Source: Torpedo marmorata
Taxonomy: Eukaryota
Length of the DNA stretch: 64,000 nt
Assembly (NCBI GenBank): GCA_977017645.1
Contig: OZ360221.1
Span: 151,156,001 to 151,220,000 of the forward strand
Direction: 5' to 3'
Shown here: piece by piece, positions 48,359 through 60,983 of the stretch
Layout: the number at the start of each line of letters is the position of its first letter
Position numbering within the stretch: position 1 is the first letter of the stretch
Program-made: the position numbers and the translations under genes
Notes under the pieces: generated by a model
What the model was told of the DNA's origin: nothing
Databases searched by the model: none
The model's input: only the letters and a program-made list of their open reading frames with translations

Positions 48359-51300
48359 TGTTATGGACCATGACTGACAGTTTGGACTGCGGACGGTAAG
48401 CAGGAAGGATGAAGTTTTTTTGGAGTATACACTGGGATCTGGTACTAAAAGAGTTAACTTGCCCAGGATTTCTTGTATTTACCAGAGAGAGACATCAGGA
48501 GGAGACATACTGTGAAAAGGACACTTGGTGTGTAAAAACTTTGGAAGAAGGCTGTGGAGAGGAACTCACTCTCTCCACTGGAAGGCCTAACGTTAAAACT
48601 AACTCAGTGGAAGTTTTGAAGTTGAAAAGGCGGGAGAACTCAGTAGGATCCAGGCCTGTGCATCCCAGAGAAGAAGTGGGGAGAATAGCACAGAGTCTCT
48701 TGAATCAGAAAAGTCCAGGCTTGTACATCCCAAAGAAAAGGCTGGGAGGAAAATAAGGCCTAATGATTCGACAGAATCCTGAGTTGTGAAAACAGCTTTT
48801 GTGAGGAACCGGCTGTGACATTCAAGTATACGCCTTAATTCCAAAATGGATCTGAATTCGCAATCCTTATGAAAACACAAGAAGGGAACGTCATCATAGA
48901 AAAAAAGCAAGCCAAGTATTTGTAAGCATAAACAGTCATTTTCTCTCTCCAACGTTCATTAAGAAGTCCTTCTATCAGCCCACAAAGCTGAATTTGGAAC
49001 CTTGAACTTAGAGAGTGAATTTTTGTGGACTGTATTATTTTTATTTGGACTGACTTTTTTATGACTGACCTGGGGTTTTTGGGGAAAGTTTTTCCATTTT
49101 TACATGAGGGTTGGGCACAGACTTTAATGGTCTGTGCTTTACACACACACACACACACACCTTTTAGATAAGAATAGTGTTATTGACGTTTATAGTGGGG
49201 TTAATTGTTGTGAAATTATATGTTTCATTGTATGTAATAAATATAAATTTCAATTTTACCCCTTTTGCTTTGCATCTTCTGTCATTGCTGGTTTGAATTT
49301 GTAACAAAATTGGGGGCTCGTCCGGGATTTGAATTAAAAATCCATCTTAGTAATTGAAGGAATCCCAGTCTGGTTTAAGGCATTCCTTTTGTAAAGCTAA
49401 TTAAAAGCTAGTGTTTGTGTAACGAAAAACCAGCAACAATGGATGTAGAACATTTTTTGGAATCACCTGAAACTGATACATTAAAAAAGGCTAAAAAGGA
49501 ACAGTTAGTGGCTATAGCAACAAAGTTGGGCATTGCTTCTGTAAAATCATTTATGAAAAAGGCAGAGATTGGGAGAAAAATTGTCAAATACTATATAAAA
49601 GAAAAAAGTTTGAGGAGAGCAGTTTCCCAAAGGTAAACCTTCTGAAAACATACAGTTGGAAATAAAGAAATTGGAATTGGAGGCAGCCAGGGAACAAAAG
49701 CAATTAGAATTGGAGGCAGACAGGGAACAAAAGAAATTGGAATTGGAACTGGAACAAAAGAAATTAAACACGGAATTGGAACAAAAGAACAGGGAATTGG
49801 AACAAAAGAAATTGGAATTGGAACAAAAGAAATTAGACTTAGAGAACGATGAGAGAAATAGGAGATATATGCTGGAAAAGATAAAGTTGGAAAATGAGAG
49901 GAGACAAGAAGAGCACCAAGAACAAATTCGTCATCCTGTTGAGGGTTTTTTGGCTAGTAGAGAAGTTAGGTTGGTTCCTCCATTTGAGGAGGCAGAAATA
50001 GATAAGTACTTCCAGCATTTTGAGAAGGTGGCTGTGAAATTAAAATGGCCACAAGACCAATGGTCTCTTATGTTACAAAGTGTAATAAAAGGAAAAGCTC
50101 AGCAAGCTTATTCTACTCTTACCACGGAGCAAGCTGCTGATTATGAAACGGTGAAAAAGGCTATACTCCAGGCTTATGAGTTAGTTCCAGAGGCTTATAG
50201 ACAAAAGTTTAGAAATTTAAAAAGATCAGCAACCCAATCTAACACAGAGTTTGCCTATGAAAAGGTTGTGTGTTTTGACCGGTGGTGCACATCTAAGGAG
50301 GTAAACAATGATTACAATCAATTGAGAGAAATGATAATAATCGAGGAGATAAAAAGGTGTGTTCCTGAGGATATTAAGGCCTACTTAGATGAAAAGGAGG
50401 TGAAAACTTGGCAAAATTCAGCTAAGTTAGCAGATGAATATGCTTTAACCCACAAGCCTAAGTGGACGTCAGGCAGAATTTTCCAAAAGGTCACTGTGGA
50501 TAATCCAAGCAAGTGGAAAGTAAATTTGGAAGTGGTGTTAAGGAAAGGGATGAAGGAAAGTGGAAAAGGGAAAACCATTCGGGTCCCATTTGCCACTACT
50601 GTAGGAAGGGTGGTCGTATGATAACAAGCTGTCCAGTGTTGAAAAAGAAGAGAGAAAAGGATGCAACACCTAATGCTTGTATTCGGAGTGAGAAGAGGCA
50701 TAACACCCAGGAAGGAGATAAATTTACTGACAAAGTTAGAGATGTATTTAAACCTTTTATGACTGATGGTTTGTTTCAGTTAAGGCAGGATCAAAACAAG
50801 TTCCAGTGAAAATCTTGCGATATACTGGAGCTGCTCAGTCACTTGTGTTAGTTAGTGTCTTGGAATTTTGTGAAGCTACTGACACCGGTGACATAAATTT
50901 AATTAAAGGAATTGGGGGTGATGTTGAGTCCATTCCTTTGCACAAAATAGTGTTGGACTCAGACTTGGTGGAAGGACCTGTTATAATAGGAGTGAGAATA
51001 GAATTGCCAGTAGAAGGAGTCTCACTGTTGCTAGGCAATGACTTGGCCAAGAGTAAAGTAGTTCCTGCAGTGCGAATGACTACTAAGCCAGTCATTGATA
51101 AGTCAGAGAAAGACTCTAATATTTATCCGGCATGTGCCATAACCAGGGCCATGTCTAAGAAAAATGTCACTGTAGAGAAGGCAGTGGAAAATAAATTGGT
51201 GAAAGAAATAGTCAGTGATAATCAAGAACACCTGGAAAAGGTTGAGCAATCTCCTGTGTTACACCCATCCACTGATAAGACACCTAAAGGCACAGATTTG

Positions 51301-54300
51301 TCACTATCCCGACAGGAGCTAATAGCAAGGCAAAAGGACGATCCTGATCTTGCTGAGGTGAGAGATAAGGTTCTCTCTTAAGAGGAGATTAAAAAGGTGA
51401 CAGTGGGTTATTATGAAAAAGATGGGGTGTTGATGAGAAAGTGGAGACCATGTGATGTTCCTGCCAATGAAGAATGGGCAGTAGTGCAGCAGGTTGTGAT
51501 CCCTAAAGTATATAGGGATGCAATAATAACTTTGGCTCATAGTACACCCTTAGGTGGTCACCTTGGGGTGAAGAAAACTATAAGGAAGATAATGAAACAA
51601 TTTTATTGGCCCAGTTTGAGAAGGGAGGTTGTAAGCTTTTGCCAGGCCTGTCACACTTGTCAGGTGGTGGGTAAACCTAATTAGGGTCCCCCGGTGGCAT
51701 CCTTGCAACCTATCCCTGCTTTCAGTGAGCCTTTCTCGAGAGTAATTGTGGACTGTGTTGGCCCATTGCCCAAAACCAAAGCGGGGAATGAGTATTTGTT
51801 AACAATTATGCGTGCAGCCACCAGATTTCCAGAGGCCATTCCTTTGAGAAACATTAAAGCAAAGTCAATTGTAAAGGCTATGGTAAAGTTTTTCACCTTG
51901 GTAGGTTTGCCAAGGGAAATTCAATCAGATCAGGGCAGTAAGTTCATGTCAGGCGTTTTCCAACAAGTGGTTGATGGACTGGGAGTTAAACAGATTGTAT
52001 CCTCTGCGTACCATCCAGAAAGTCAAGGGGCCTTGAAGAGGTTCCATTCGACTTTGAAAAACATGATTAGAACCTATTGTTGTGAGAAGGAAAAGGATTG
52101 GGGTAAGGGGGTTCATTTGTTGTTATTTGCAGCGAGGGAGTCTGTCCAAGAATCACTTGGTTTTAGACCATTCGAGTTAGTTTTCTGACATGAGGTGAGA
52201 GGTCCTTTAAGATTATTAAAAGAACAGTGGATTAATATTGGTGTGCATTTAAATCTGTTAGATTATTTTTCCAAATTTAAGCATCAGTTACATCGGGCTT
52301 GTGAGATGGCAAAGGAGAATTTAAAGGCCACTCAACAGAGATTGAAGATTTGGTATGATCGAAAGGCTAAGACGAGAACTTTTAAACCTGGTGAGAACGT
52401 ATTAGTTCTGTTTCCCATCCATTCAAATCCTCTTAGGGCTAGATTTTCAGGACCCTATGGAGTTAAGTCAAAAATTAATGATGTCACTTATGTCATAGAA
52501 ACACCTAATCGCAGACGAGACACACAGGTCTGTCATGTGAATATGATTAAGCCATATTTTGAACACCTCCCACACAAAGGGACTGAAAATTTACCAAAGG
52601 TACTGGTTATTGACAGGGGTAAGGAGGAGACAGATAAAACCAGTTTCAGAGAGGGTCATGGGACTGTTAATTTTCTGAGTTATGTAGTAGGACAGGGGCA
52701 GTTTGCGCCAGTAGAGGCAAAGGTTGTTACTATTTCCGAGTTCCCTGTTCCAACTGGTAAGAAAACTCTGAGGAGGTTCCTGGGAATGATTGGCTACTAC
52801 CGCAAGTTCTGTAAAAACTTTGCTGATCTTGCACTCCCTCTCACAAATTTGCTTAGAAAGAAAGAAAAATTTGTATGGTCAACAGGTTGTCAGGAAGCAT
52901 TTGTCAAATTGAAAGCCATGTTATGCCACCAACCTGTGCTTAAGTCATCTAATTTAGAACAGCCATTTTATTTAGCCGTGGATTCCAGCGATGAAGCTGT
53001 GGGTGCGGTGCTGTTACAGAAGAAGAACGAAGAGGACATTGACCATTCGGTATCCTACTTCTCGAAGATGTTCAATGATCATCAAAGGAATTATTCAACC
53101 ATAGAAAAAGAGTTGTTGGCTCTTGTGTTGGCTCTCCAACACTTTGATGTTTATATCTGTACAGCTCAAAAACCACTCATAGTGTATACTGACCATAATC
53201 CATTGGTTTTTCTTTGTAAAATGAAAAATAATGATCGACGGTTGTTGAATTGGAGTCTAATTTTGCAAGAATATGATTTGGTAATAACACATATAAAAGG
53301 GAAAGATAATGTAATTGCTGATTGTCTTTCTAGATGTTAAACTTTATAAATGAAAATAGTTCATATTTTGTATTTGTGGATGAACATTGTGGGTTTTGTT
53401 TATATTATAACACCTCAATTTCTAAAATTTTGTTTTTGCAGACCAAAATTTTCTTTGTGAGTGGGAGGTGTTATGGACCATGACTGACAGTTTGGACTGC
53501 GGACGGTAAGCAGGAAGGATGAATTTTTTTGGAGTATACACTGGGACCTGGTACTAAAAGAGTTAACTTGCCCAGGATTTCTTGTATTTACCAGAGAGAG
53601 ACATTAGGGGGAGACAAACTGTGAAAAGGACACTTGGTGTGTAAAAACTTTGGAAGAAGGCTGTGGAGAGGAACTCTCTCTCCACTGGAAGGCCTAACGT
53701 TAAAACTAACTCAGTGGATGTTTTGAAGTTGAAAAGGCGGGAGAACTCAGTAGGATCCAGGCCTGTGCATCCCAGAGAAGAAGTGGGGAGAATAGCACAG
53801 AGTCTCTTGAATCAGAAAAGTCCAGGCTTGTACATCCCAAAGAAAAGGCTGGGAGGAAAACAAGGTCTGATGTTTCGACAGAATCCTGAGTTGTGAAAAC
53901 AGCTTTTGTGAGGAACCGGCTGTGAAATTCAAGTATACGCCTTAATTCCAAAACGGATCTGAATTTGCAATCCTTATGAAAACACAAGAAGGGAACGTCA
54001 TCATAGAAGAAAAGCAAGCCTAGTATTCGTAAGCATAAACAGTCATTGTCTCTCTCCAACGTTCATTAAGAAGTCCTTCTATCAGCACACAGAGCTGAAT
54101 TTGGAACCTGAACTTAGAGAGTGAATTTTTGTGGACTGTATTTTTTTTTTTTGACTGACTTGTTTTTATGACTGACCTGGGGTTTTTGGGGAAAGTTTTT
54201 CCATTTTTACATGAGGGTTGGGCACAGACTGTAATGGTCTGTGCTTTATACACACACACACACACCTTTTAGATAAGAATAGTGTTTATAGACGTTTATA

Positions 54301-54412
54301 GTGGGGTTAATTGTTGTGAAATTATATGTTTAATTGTATGTAATAAATATAAATTTCAATTTTACCCCTTTTGCTTTGCGGCTTCTGTCATTGCTGGTTT
54401 GAATTTGTAACA
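48359..54412 (+). mobile_element. Gmr1-like Gypsy LTR retrotransposon (PR-IN-RT-RH order), RT core deleted
   Basis: About 945-bp LTRs 48359-49306 and 53469-54412, TSD GTAA, PBS TGGGGGCTCGTCCGGGAT (tRNA-Pro) 49311-49328, PPT; integrase lies upstream of RNase H. Confidence 0.95.
49439..53340 (+). pseudogene. Disrupted gag-pol of the Gmr1-like element
   Basis: SCAN-like Gag (AYELVPEAYRQKFR), CHYC knuckle, LRYTGA (mutated protease), H...GHLG/C..C/DCVGPLP/SDQG integrase, FLGMIGYYRKF, VDSSD...NVIADCLSR RNase H. Confidence 0.92.
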
Positions 54413-54483
54413 GTAACAAAGAGTATATGATAGAAGGGAATTTTCTAGTATTTCCTTTCCTAATAAGAGTTTCCACTTTACTA

Positions 54484-55455
54484 CAATTTTGTAACAGCAT
54501 GGTAACACTAAAAAGAATGAATATGGCTATTTAAAATGAGTAACATAGTAAAATTTATGAATTTTAATATTAATGGGATAAGTGGACCAATTAAGAGGAA
54601 GAGAGTATTAACATATATTAAAAAACTAGGTACATACATGTCTTTTTTACAAGAGACACCCTTAACAGAAAAATAACATTTGAGTCTAAAAAGAGATTGG
54701 GTGGGATATGTAGCAGCTTCTTCATTTAATTCTAAGGCAAGAGGTGTGGCAATTTTAATAAAAAATAATCTCCCAATTAAAATTCAAAAAGTTGTGATGG
54801 ATCCTGTAGGGAGATATGTAATGATACATTGCCAAATATATTCAGAATTTTGGACTTTTTTGAATATATATGCTCTTAATGTGGATGATGATAAATTTAT
54901 TCAAGAAACTTTTCTTAATATAGCAGAGGCACACGAAAATATTATAATAGGATGAGACTTCAACTTTTGTTTAGATCCAGTTTTAGATAGATCTACAAGA
55001 GGAGTGAAGAGAACTAAGGCAGCAAAAGCTACGCTGGTATTAATGAAAGATTTAAATTTAAAAGATGCTTGGAGAAGAATCCATCCTCGGGAAAAAGATT
55101 ATTCATTTTACTCGAGTAGACATGATTCTTATTCTAGAATTGATTTATTTTTAGTTTCAGCACAATTGCAAGTTAGAATATTAGAAGCAGAATATAAAGC
55201 AAGGATTTTGTCTGACCATTCACCTTTATTAATGACAATTGCCGTACCTGATAAATAAAAATCGATATATAGATGGAGGCTGAATCCATTATTATTAAAA
55301 AAGAACAGACTTTTGTGACTTTATAAGGAGGCAAATCCAGATATTTTGTGATACAAATTTAAATTCCGTGAATGATAAATTTGTAATATGGGAAACTTTG
55401 AAAGCATATCTAAGAGGTCAAATTATAAGTTATACTTCAAAAATTAAAAAGGATA
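54484..55455 (+). mobile_element. L1 ORF2 endonuclease segment (disrupted)
   Basis: ATG about 54536 MSNIVKFMNFNINGI, LQET, SRIDLFL, SDHSP, WETLKAYLRGQII. Confidence 0.9.
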
Positions 55456-55713
55456 AACATTCTATTTGGTACATATTTAATCTCATTTTAATACTAATTC
55501 TTTTAATATCTCCAAACAAAAATATCATAGGATTCATTGGGAGTGTAATTCTTAATACTTTGTCTAAAACCTTTTTAACTTTCAACCAAAAAGCATGTAT
55601 CTTTGGACAAAGCCACATAGAATGTACAAAAGAATCTTCTTCTCTATTACATCTGAAACACAAAATCTGAAAAACTCGAATTAAATTTCTTTAGTTTCTT
55701 AGGCGTTAAATAT
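55456..55713 (-). mobile_element. L1 ORF2 C-terminal fragment in opposite orientation (L1-B)
   Basis: ORF 55430-55663 CFRC...HSMWLCPKI; no tail at its left end. Confidence 0.8.
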
Positions 55714-56047
55714 ATTTTTTTTTTTTGAATATTTTATTTTAAATTTTTAAATTCTTTTTTTTTTTAATATTTTATTTAAATTTTTAAATCACACATTACA
55801 TAATATAATTCTACATATAATTCTTAAAAACTTACATGTGATTACATTTTCTCCCCCCTCCTTCCCACCCTCCCCTCCCTAACCCCTATATCCCCCTAGT
55901 CTAAATTTAAAATAAAATAAAATAATAAAAGAAAAGAAAAAAGTAAAGATAGAAAAATAGAGAAATAGAGTGAGGAGTCAATAAGCTTAAAAAAAAACTA
56001 ATATATCTTAGAGGTTATTTCGCCAGCGGATCTGATATCCAGAGAAT

Positions 56048-58912
56048 TTACAGTGTTAAACCCATAATCCTCATATATGGGCCCCAAATTTTCAAAAAGA
56101 AATGATATTTATTTCGTAAATTATAAGTAATTTTCTCTAATGGTATACATGACCGTAACTCTGCATGCCATCGCTCTAAATTTAAATCAACATCCGATTT
56201 CCAAGTAATAGCTATACATTTTTTCGAAACTGCTAATACTATACGTAAAAATTCTACTTGATACATATTTAATCTATGTCTAATACTAAATTTTTTAATA
56301 TCTCCAAATAAAAATAACATAGGATCCATTGCAATTTCAACATTAAAAATTCTTTCTAAAAAATTCTTAACTTTCAACCAAAAATCTTGAATTTTTGAAC
56401 ATGACCATGTACAATGTGCGAAAGATCCTATTTCAGTTTTACATCTAAAACACATATCTGATAACGCTGGATTAAATTTTTTTAATTTTTTAGGTGTCAA
56501 ATACAATTGATGAAAAAAATTATATTGTACCAATCTATATCTCACATTAATGACTTTTGTCATACTTAATTTACATAAATCTTTCCAATGATTTTCATCT
56601 ATATTAACATTCAAATCTAATTCCCATTTCAATCTAGACTTATGCACTCCTACTTTAGACATCTTTCTTTGGAACAACTTATACATTTGTGAGATAAATT
56701 TATTAACATTGACTTTAGTAATTAATAATTCCAATTCATTTTGCCCTGGTGCTGTTAATTCATTCCCTAATCTTTCAATCAAAAAAGCTTTAACTTGAAA
56801 ATAAACTAACATTGTATTATCCAATATATTAAATTTTTCTTTTAACCTCTGGAAAGTAATAAATCTACCTGCTTCAAAACAATCTTTTAAAGTCTTAATT
56901 CCCTTTAAAAACCATAACTTAAGTAACTGATTATCCATAGAAAATGGTAAAAGCGGATTCTGATATATTGGTGTATTTAAAGAAATTAACCCTTTTTGAC
57001 CTATCTCTTTGTCTACTTGTGACCAAATTTCCAACAAATGTTTAATAATTGGTGTATTTTTCTTTTTAAGTAATAATAATTTAGAATTCCATTTATAAAT
57101 AATATCTTCTTTATGTATTTCTCCCATATTATTCAATTCTATATTAATCCAAGCAGAAGATTTATTTAAATCAAAGAATTCATTAATAAATTTTAATTGG
57201 GCCACTTTATAATAATACTGAAAATTAGGAAGTTGTAACCCTCCCATCTCATAATTCCATGTTAATTTATCTATACTTACTCTTGCCAACTTTCCTTTCC
57301 ATAAAAATTTCCTAATAATAAATTTTAAATCTTTAAAAAATTTATTTGGAATACCATAAGGAATCGATTGAAAAAGATATTGAATTCTTGGAAAAACATT
57401 CATTTTAATACAATTTACTCTTCCCATCAAAGTTATAGGTAAATCTTTCCAAAGCTCTAAATCTTTTTTTATTTTCATAAATAAAGGAATATAATTTAAT
57501 TTATACAAATTCTCTAATTTTGTATCAATTTTAACACCCAAATATTTAATACTCTCTATAGTCCATTTAAAATCTGTAACTTCTTTACATCTAGTATAAT
57601 CCCCTTGAGATAGAGCTAAAATCTCACTTTTATCTGAATTAATTTTATATCCTGATATCTCACCATATTCTGTCAATATATTGGCCAATTGTTGAAGTGA
57701 TTTAACAGATTTCGTCATATATATTAATACATCATCTGCAAACAAACTAATCTTATGTTCTTCCCTACCTACTTTTATTCCCATTATATTTATATCTTCT
57801 CTAATCATTTCTGCTAAAGGTTCTATTACCAAGACAAACAAAGCAGGTGACAAAGGACATCCCTGTCGTGTTGATCTTGATAACAAAAAATTTTGTGATA
57901 TTTGTCCATTTGTAACTACTTTAGCCGTAGGTTCCTTATATATAGTTTTAATCCAATTTATAAAATTATCTCCAAATCCAAATTTTTCCAAAACTTTAAA
58001 TAAAAAATTCCACTCTACTCTATCAAATGCCTTTTCTGCATCTAATGTTACCACCAATGGTAAATCTTGTTTCTTCTTATTTATATTAATCAAACTTATC
58101 AATCTAGCTATATTATCTTTCGAATATCTGTTTTTAATAAATCCAGCTTGATCTGAATGAATTAAATTTGGTAGATACTTAGCTAATCTATTCGCTAAAA
58201 TTTTTGCCATTATTTTATAATCAACATTTAATAATGAAATAGGCCTATAAGACTCAGTTTTCAACACATCTCTATCCTTCTTTGGTATAACCGTAATTAT
58301 AGCATTTAAAAATGTCTTTGGTAATAAATGAGTTTCAGTAACTTGATTCAATACCTCCATATATAAAGGTATCAATAAATCTTTAAATTCTTTATAAAAT
58401 TCTACTGGAAACCCATCATCCCCCGGAGATTTGTTACTTTTCAACGTCGATATTGCATCCGTAACTTCTCTCATCGTAAAGGGTAAATCTAAAGAATATT
58501 TACTTTGAACATTCAGTTTAGGTAAAGTAATTCTAGATAAAAATCTATTAATCTTCATATCATCATGATCAACCTCAGATCTATATAAGTTCTGATAATA
58601 TTCTTTAAAAGAGTCATTTATTTCTTGTGGCTTATAAGTTATTTCTCCAGTATTTCTCTTCCTTATAGCATTAATAGTTTTAGAAACTTGTTCTTTTTTC
58701 AATTGCCATGATAAAACTTTATGTGCCTTTTCCCCTAATTCATAATATCTTTGTTTTGTTCTCGTTATCAACTTTTCAGTCTTACGTGTTTGTAATAAAT
58801 TATAATGTAATTTCCTCCTTACTAAACGATTCCTCTTAAGAATAGACTTATTTCTCTGTAAATCCTTTTCCATAAATTCAATTTCCTTCTCTAATTTTTC
58901 CTCTTCTTTCAA
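56048..58912 (-). CDS. L1 ORF2 C-terminal 954 aa (Z, RT and Cys-rich domains), open but lacking its N-terminus
   Basis: KSPGDDG, YRPISLLNVDYK, DAEKAFD, TRQGCPLSP, LFADD, YLG, CFRC...HCTWSC. Confidence 0.9.
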   Translation of the reverse strand: MKEEEKLEKEIEFMEKDLQRNKSILKRNRLVRRKLHYNLLQTRKTEKLITRTKQRYYELGEKAHKVLSWQLKKEQVSKTINAIRKRNTGEITYKPQEINDSFKEYYQNLYRSEVDHDDMKINRFLSRITLPKLNVQSKYSLDLPFTMREVTDAISTLKSNKSPGDDGFPVEFYKEFKDLLIPLYMEVLNQVTETHLLPKTFLNAIITVIPKKDRDVLKTESYRPISLLNVDYKIMAKILANRLAKYLPNLIHSDQAGFIKNRYSKDNIARLISLININKKKQDLPLVVTLDAEKAFDRVEWNFLFKVLEKFGFGDNFINWIKTIYKEPTAKVVTNGQISQNFLLSRSTRQGCPLSPALFVLVIEPLAEMIREDINIMGIKVGREEHKISLFADDVLIYMTKSVKSLQQLANILTEYGEISGYKINSDKSEILALSQGDYTRCKEVTDFKWTIESIKYLGVKIDTKLENLYKLNYIPLFMKIKKDLELWKDLPITLMGRVNCIKMNVFPRIQYLFQSIPYGIPNKFFKDLKFIIRKFLWKGKLARVSIDKLTWNYEMGGLQLPNFQYYYKVAQLKFINEFFDLNKSSAWINIELNNMGEIHKEDIIYKWNSKLLLLKKKNTPIIKHLLEIWSQVDKEIGQKGLISLNTPIYQNPLLPFSMDNQLLKLWFLKGIKTLKDCFEAGRFITFQRLKEKFNILDNTMLVYFQVKAFLIERLGNELTAPGQNELELLITKVNVNKFISQMYKLFQRKMSKVGVHKSRLKWELDLNVNIDENHWKDLCKLSMTKVINVRYRLVQYNFFHQLYLTPKKLKKFNPALSDMCFRCKTEIGSFAHCTWSCSKIQDFWLKVKNFLERIFNVEIAMDPMLFLFGDIKKFSIRHRLNMYQVEFLRIVLAVSKKCIAITWKSDVDLNLERWHAELRSCIPLEKITYNLRNKYHFFLKIWGPYMRIMGLTL

Positions 58913-58997
58913 ATAGTTGAGGAGGAAATGTATTTACGACAGAGTAAGAGGGAAACGCGGGTGGATTTGATTAACAGGGAACAGTTACTATTTGATT

Positions 58998-59938
58998 ATG
59001 GGAGATTCTAAGAGTATAAACTTAGTAAGTATTAATATAAATGGGCTTAATAACCCAATTAAGAGAAAACGGACTTTGGCATATATTAAAAAGTTGAAAG
59101 TAGACATAGCTTTTTTGCAGGAAACTCATCTGACGGATATTGAAAAGAGACTGGGTAGGACATGTTATAGCGTCGTCATTTAATTCTAAAGCTAGAGGAG
59201 TAGCTATTTTAGTAAATAAAAAGTTACCTTTTAAGATACAATCGACAGTGATTGATACGGCAGGAAGATATGTTTTGGTATATTGTCAAATTTATTCAGA
59301 ATTTTGGACTCTTATGAATTTATATGTGTCAAATCCTGATGATGAACAATTTATTCAAGATGCTTTTTTACATTTATCAGATGCTAAAGAGAATATTTTA
59401 ATTGGTGGAGATTTCAATTGTTGTTTAAATCCAATTATGGATAAAACTTCGAAAACATCTGTTAGACCAAAAATAGTTAAAAAAATAATTAATTTGATGG
59501 AGGATTTGAATTTGGTGGATATTTGGAGAAAGTTGAAACCTAGAGAGAAAGATTATTCATTTTATTCATTTAGACATCATTCTTTTTCTAGGATAGACTT
59601 GTTCTTATTATCTTCACAAGTTCAGGATAGAATAACACAGATATCTTATAAAGCAAGAATAATTTCAGATCATTCACCTTTATTAATGACATGTATAATT
59701 CCAGAGAAGGAAAAAACTGTATATAATTGGAGATTTGACTCTTTTTTATTGAAAAGAAAGGATTTTTGTGAATATATGAGACGAGAAATACAGGAATTTT
59801 TAAGAATAAATAATAATTCGGTTAATGATAAATTTATGGTATGGGAAGCTTTGAAAGCTTATTTAAGAGGTTTAATAATAAGTTATTCAGTAAAGATAAA
59901 AAAAGACTATTTGAAAGAAGAGGAAAAATTAGAGAAGG
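58998..59938 (+). pseudogene. L1-D ORF2 endonuclease (inverted segment), one frameshift near 59145
   Basis: MGDSKSINLVSININGL, LQETH, GGDFN, SRIDLF, SDHSP. Confidence 0.9.
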
Positions 59939-60983
59939 AAATTTTTAAATTCTTCACACAGTAATACAACATATATAATATACATTATTAATTCCAGTAA
60001 ATAAAAAAACATAATTTGTATTACATAGTGTATCTAACCCTTCCCTTAACCCCCCCCAACCCCTTATATGTTCCAAACATTTCAATTAAAATTATTACTT
60101 AGTATTAAATGTTAAATGTTTCTACCCCACCCTCCACCCTTTCCCTCCCTTTAATTCTCTCCCCTTACTAAAAACTAAAAAGAAAACAGAAAAGAAGGCA
60201 TTATAGTATTACTTATTAAAACATCTGTACAGATCGCTGCTGGGTCCACAGCTCGACGCATGGTATTCAACAGTATTTTTATTATTTAAATTTGAGAGAG
60301 TCAACAGGGTCTAGGATGTAGAGCAACACATTTAAATATTCATACCTAATGATTGGATATATGGACGCCAAATTTGAAAGAAGACCCCATATTTATTTCT
60401 CATATTATATGTTATTTTTTCCAATGGAATACAACTCCACATCTCTATATTCCATCTATCCATACCTAAATTTGTATCTGATTTCCAAGTTACTGCTATA
60501 CACTTCCTTGCTACTCCGAAAGCAATTTTTATAAATTTCAGTTGATATGTTGATAACTTCAACTATGGTCTAGTTCCTTCCACATTCCCTAATAAATATA
60601 AATCAGGGTTCTGTGGAAATGTGACACCTGTAATTTGTTTTAACAGATTCCCTAACTCCATCCAAATTTTTTTTACCTTAGAGCATAACCATGTTGAATG
60701 TAAAAAAAGTTCCCTCCTCTTCACCATGTCTAAAACACTTGTTTGATAATGCAGATTTTATCTTATTCAATTTTTGTGGTGTAAGATATAATTGATGTAA
60801 AAAATTATACTGTACTAATCTATATCTTACATTAATAGTGTTGTTCATGGATGGGGGGCGTGGCATGATGACATGAGGTGGAGACGTGAAATTACACCTC
60901 TCCCAGCAGAATTAATTAAAAACTGAATAAAAGGGACTTACAGTTATTAAAAAAAAGTTAAGCTGATTAGGAAAGATTCAGGA

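Larger units (their letters stand above)
47314..54483 (-). mobile_element. L1 3' portion (L1-A) split by the Gmr1-like element
   Basis: Tail near 47314; ORF 47804-48292 (CFRC...HSTWSC); ORF2 continues across the TSD at 54413-54483 (KVETLIRKGNTRKF...LLQ|RG). Confidence 0.9.
55757..59938 (-). mobile_element. L1 with 5' inversion (L1-D): 3' body 55757-58916 minus, inverted 5' segment 58917-59938 plus
   Basis: 16-bp TSD AAATTTTTAAATTCTT (55741-55756 and 59939-59954); about 35 nt (YLKEEEKLEKE) present in both segments. Confidence 0.92.
55714..60848 (-). mobile_element. L1 3' fragment (L1-C; 55714-55756 plus 59955-60848) split by L1-D
   Basis: Tail and 3' UTR similar to L1-A; ORFs 60332-60562 and 60678-60866. 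Confidence 0.85.

Noticed and set aside
49311-49332. tRNA-like sequences here and at 25663-25680 and 35984-35995 as tRNA genes
   Set aside because: Only 12-22 nt complements of tRNA 3' ends directly after LTRs, i.e. primer-binding sites
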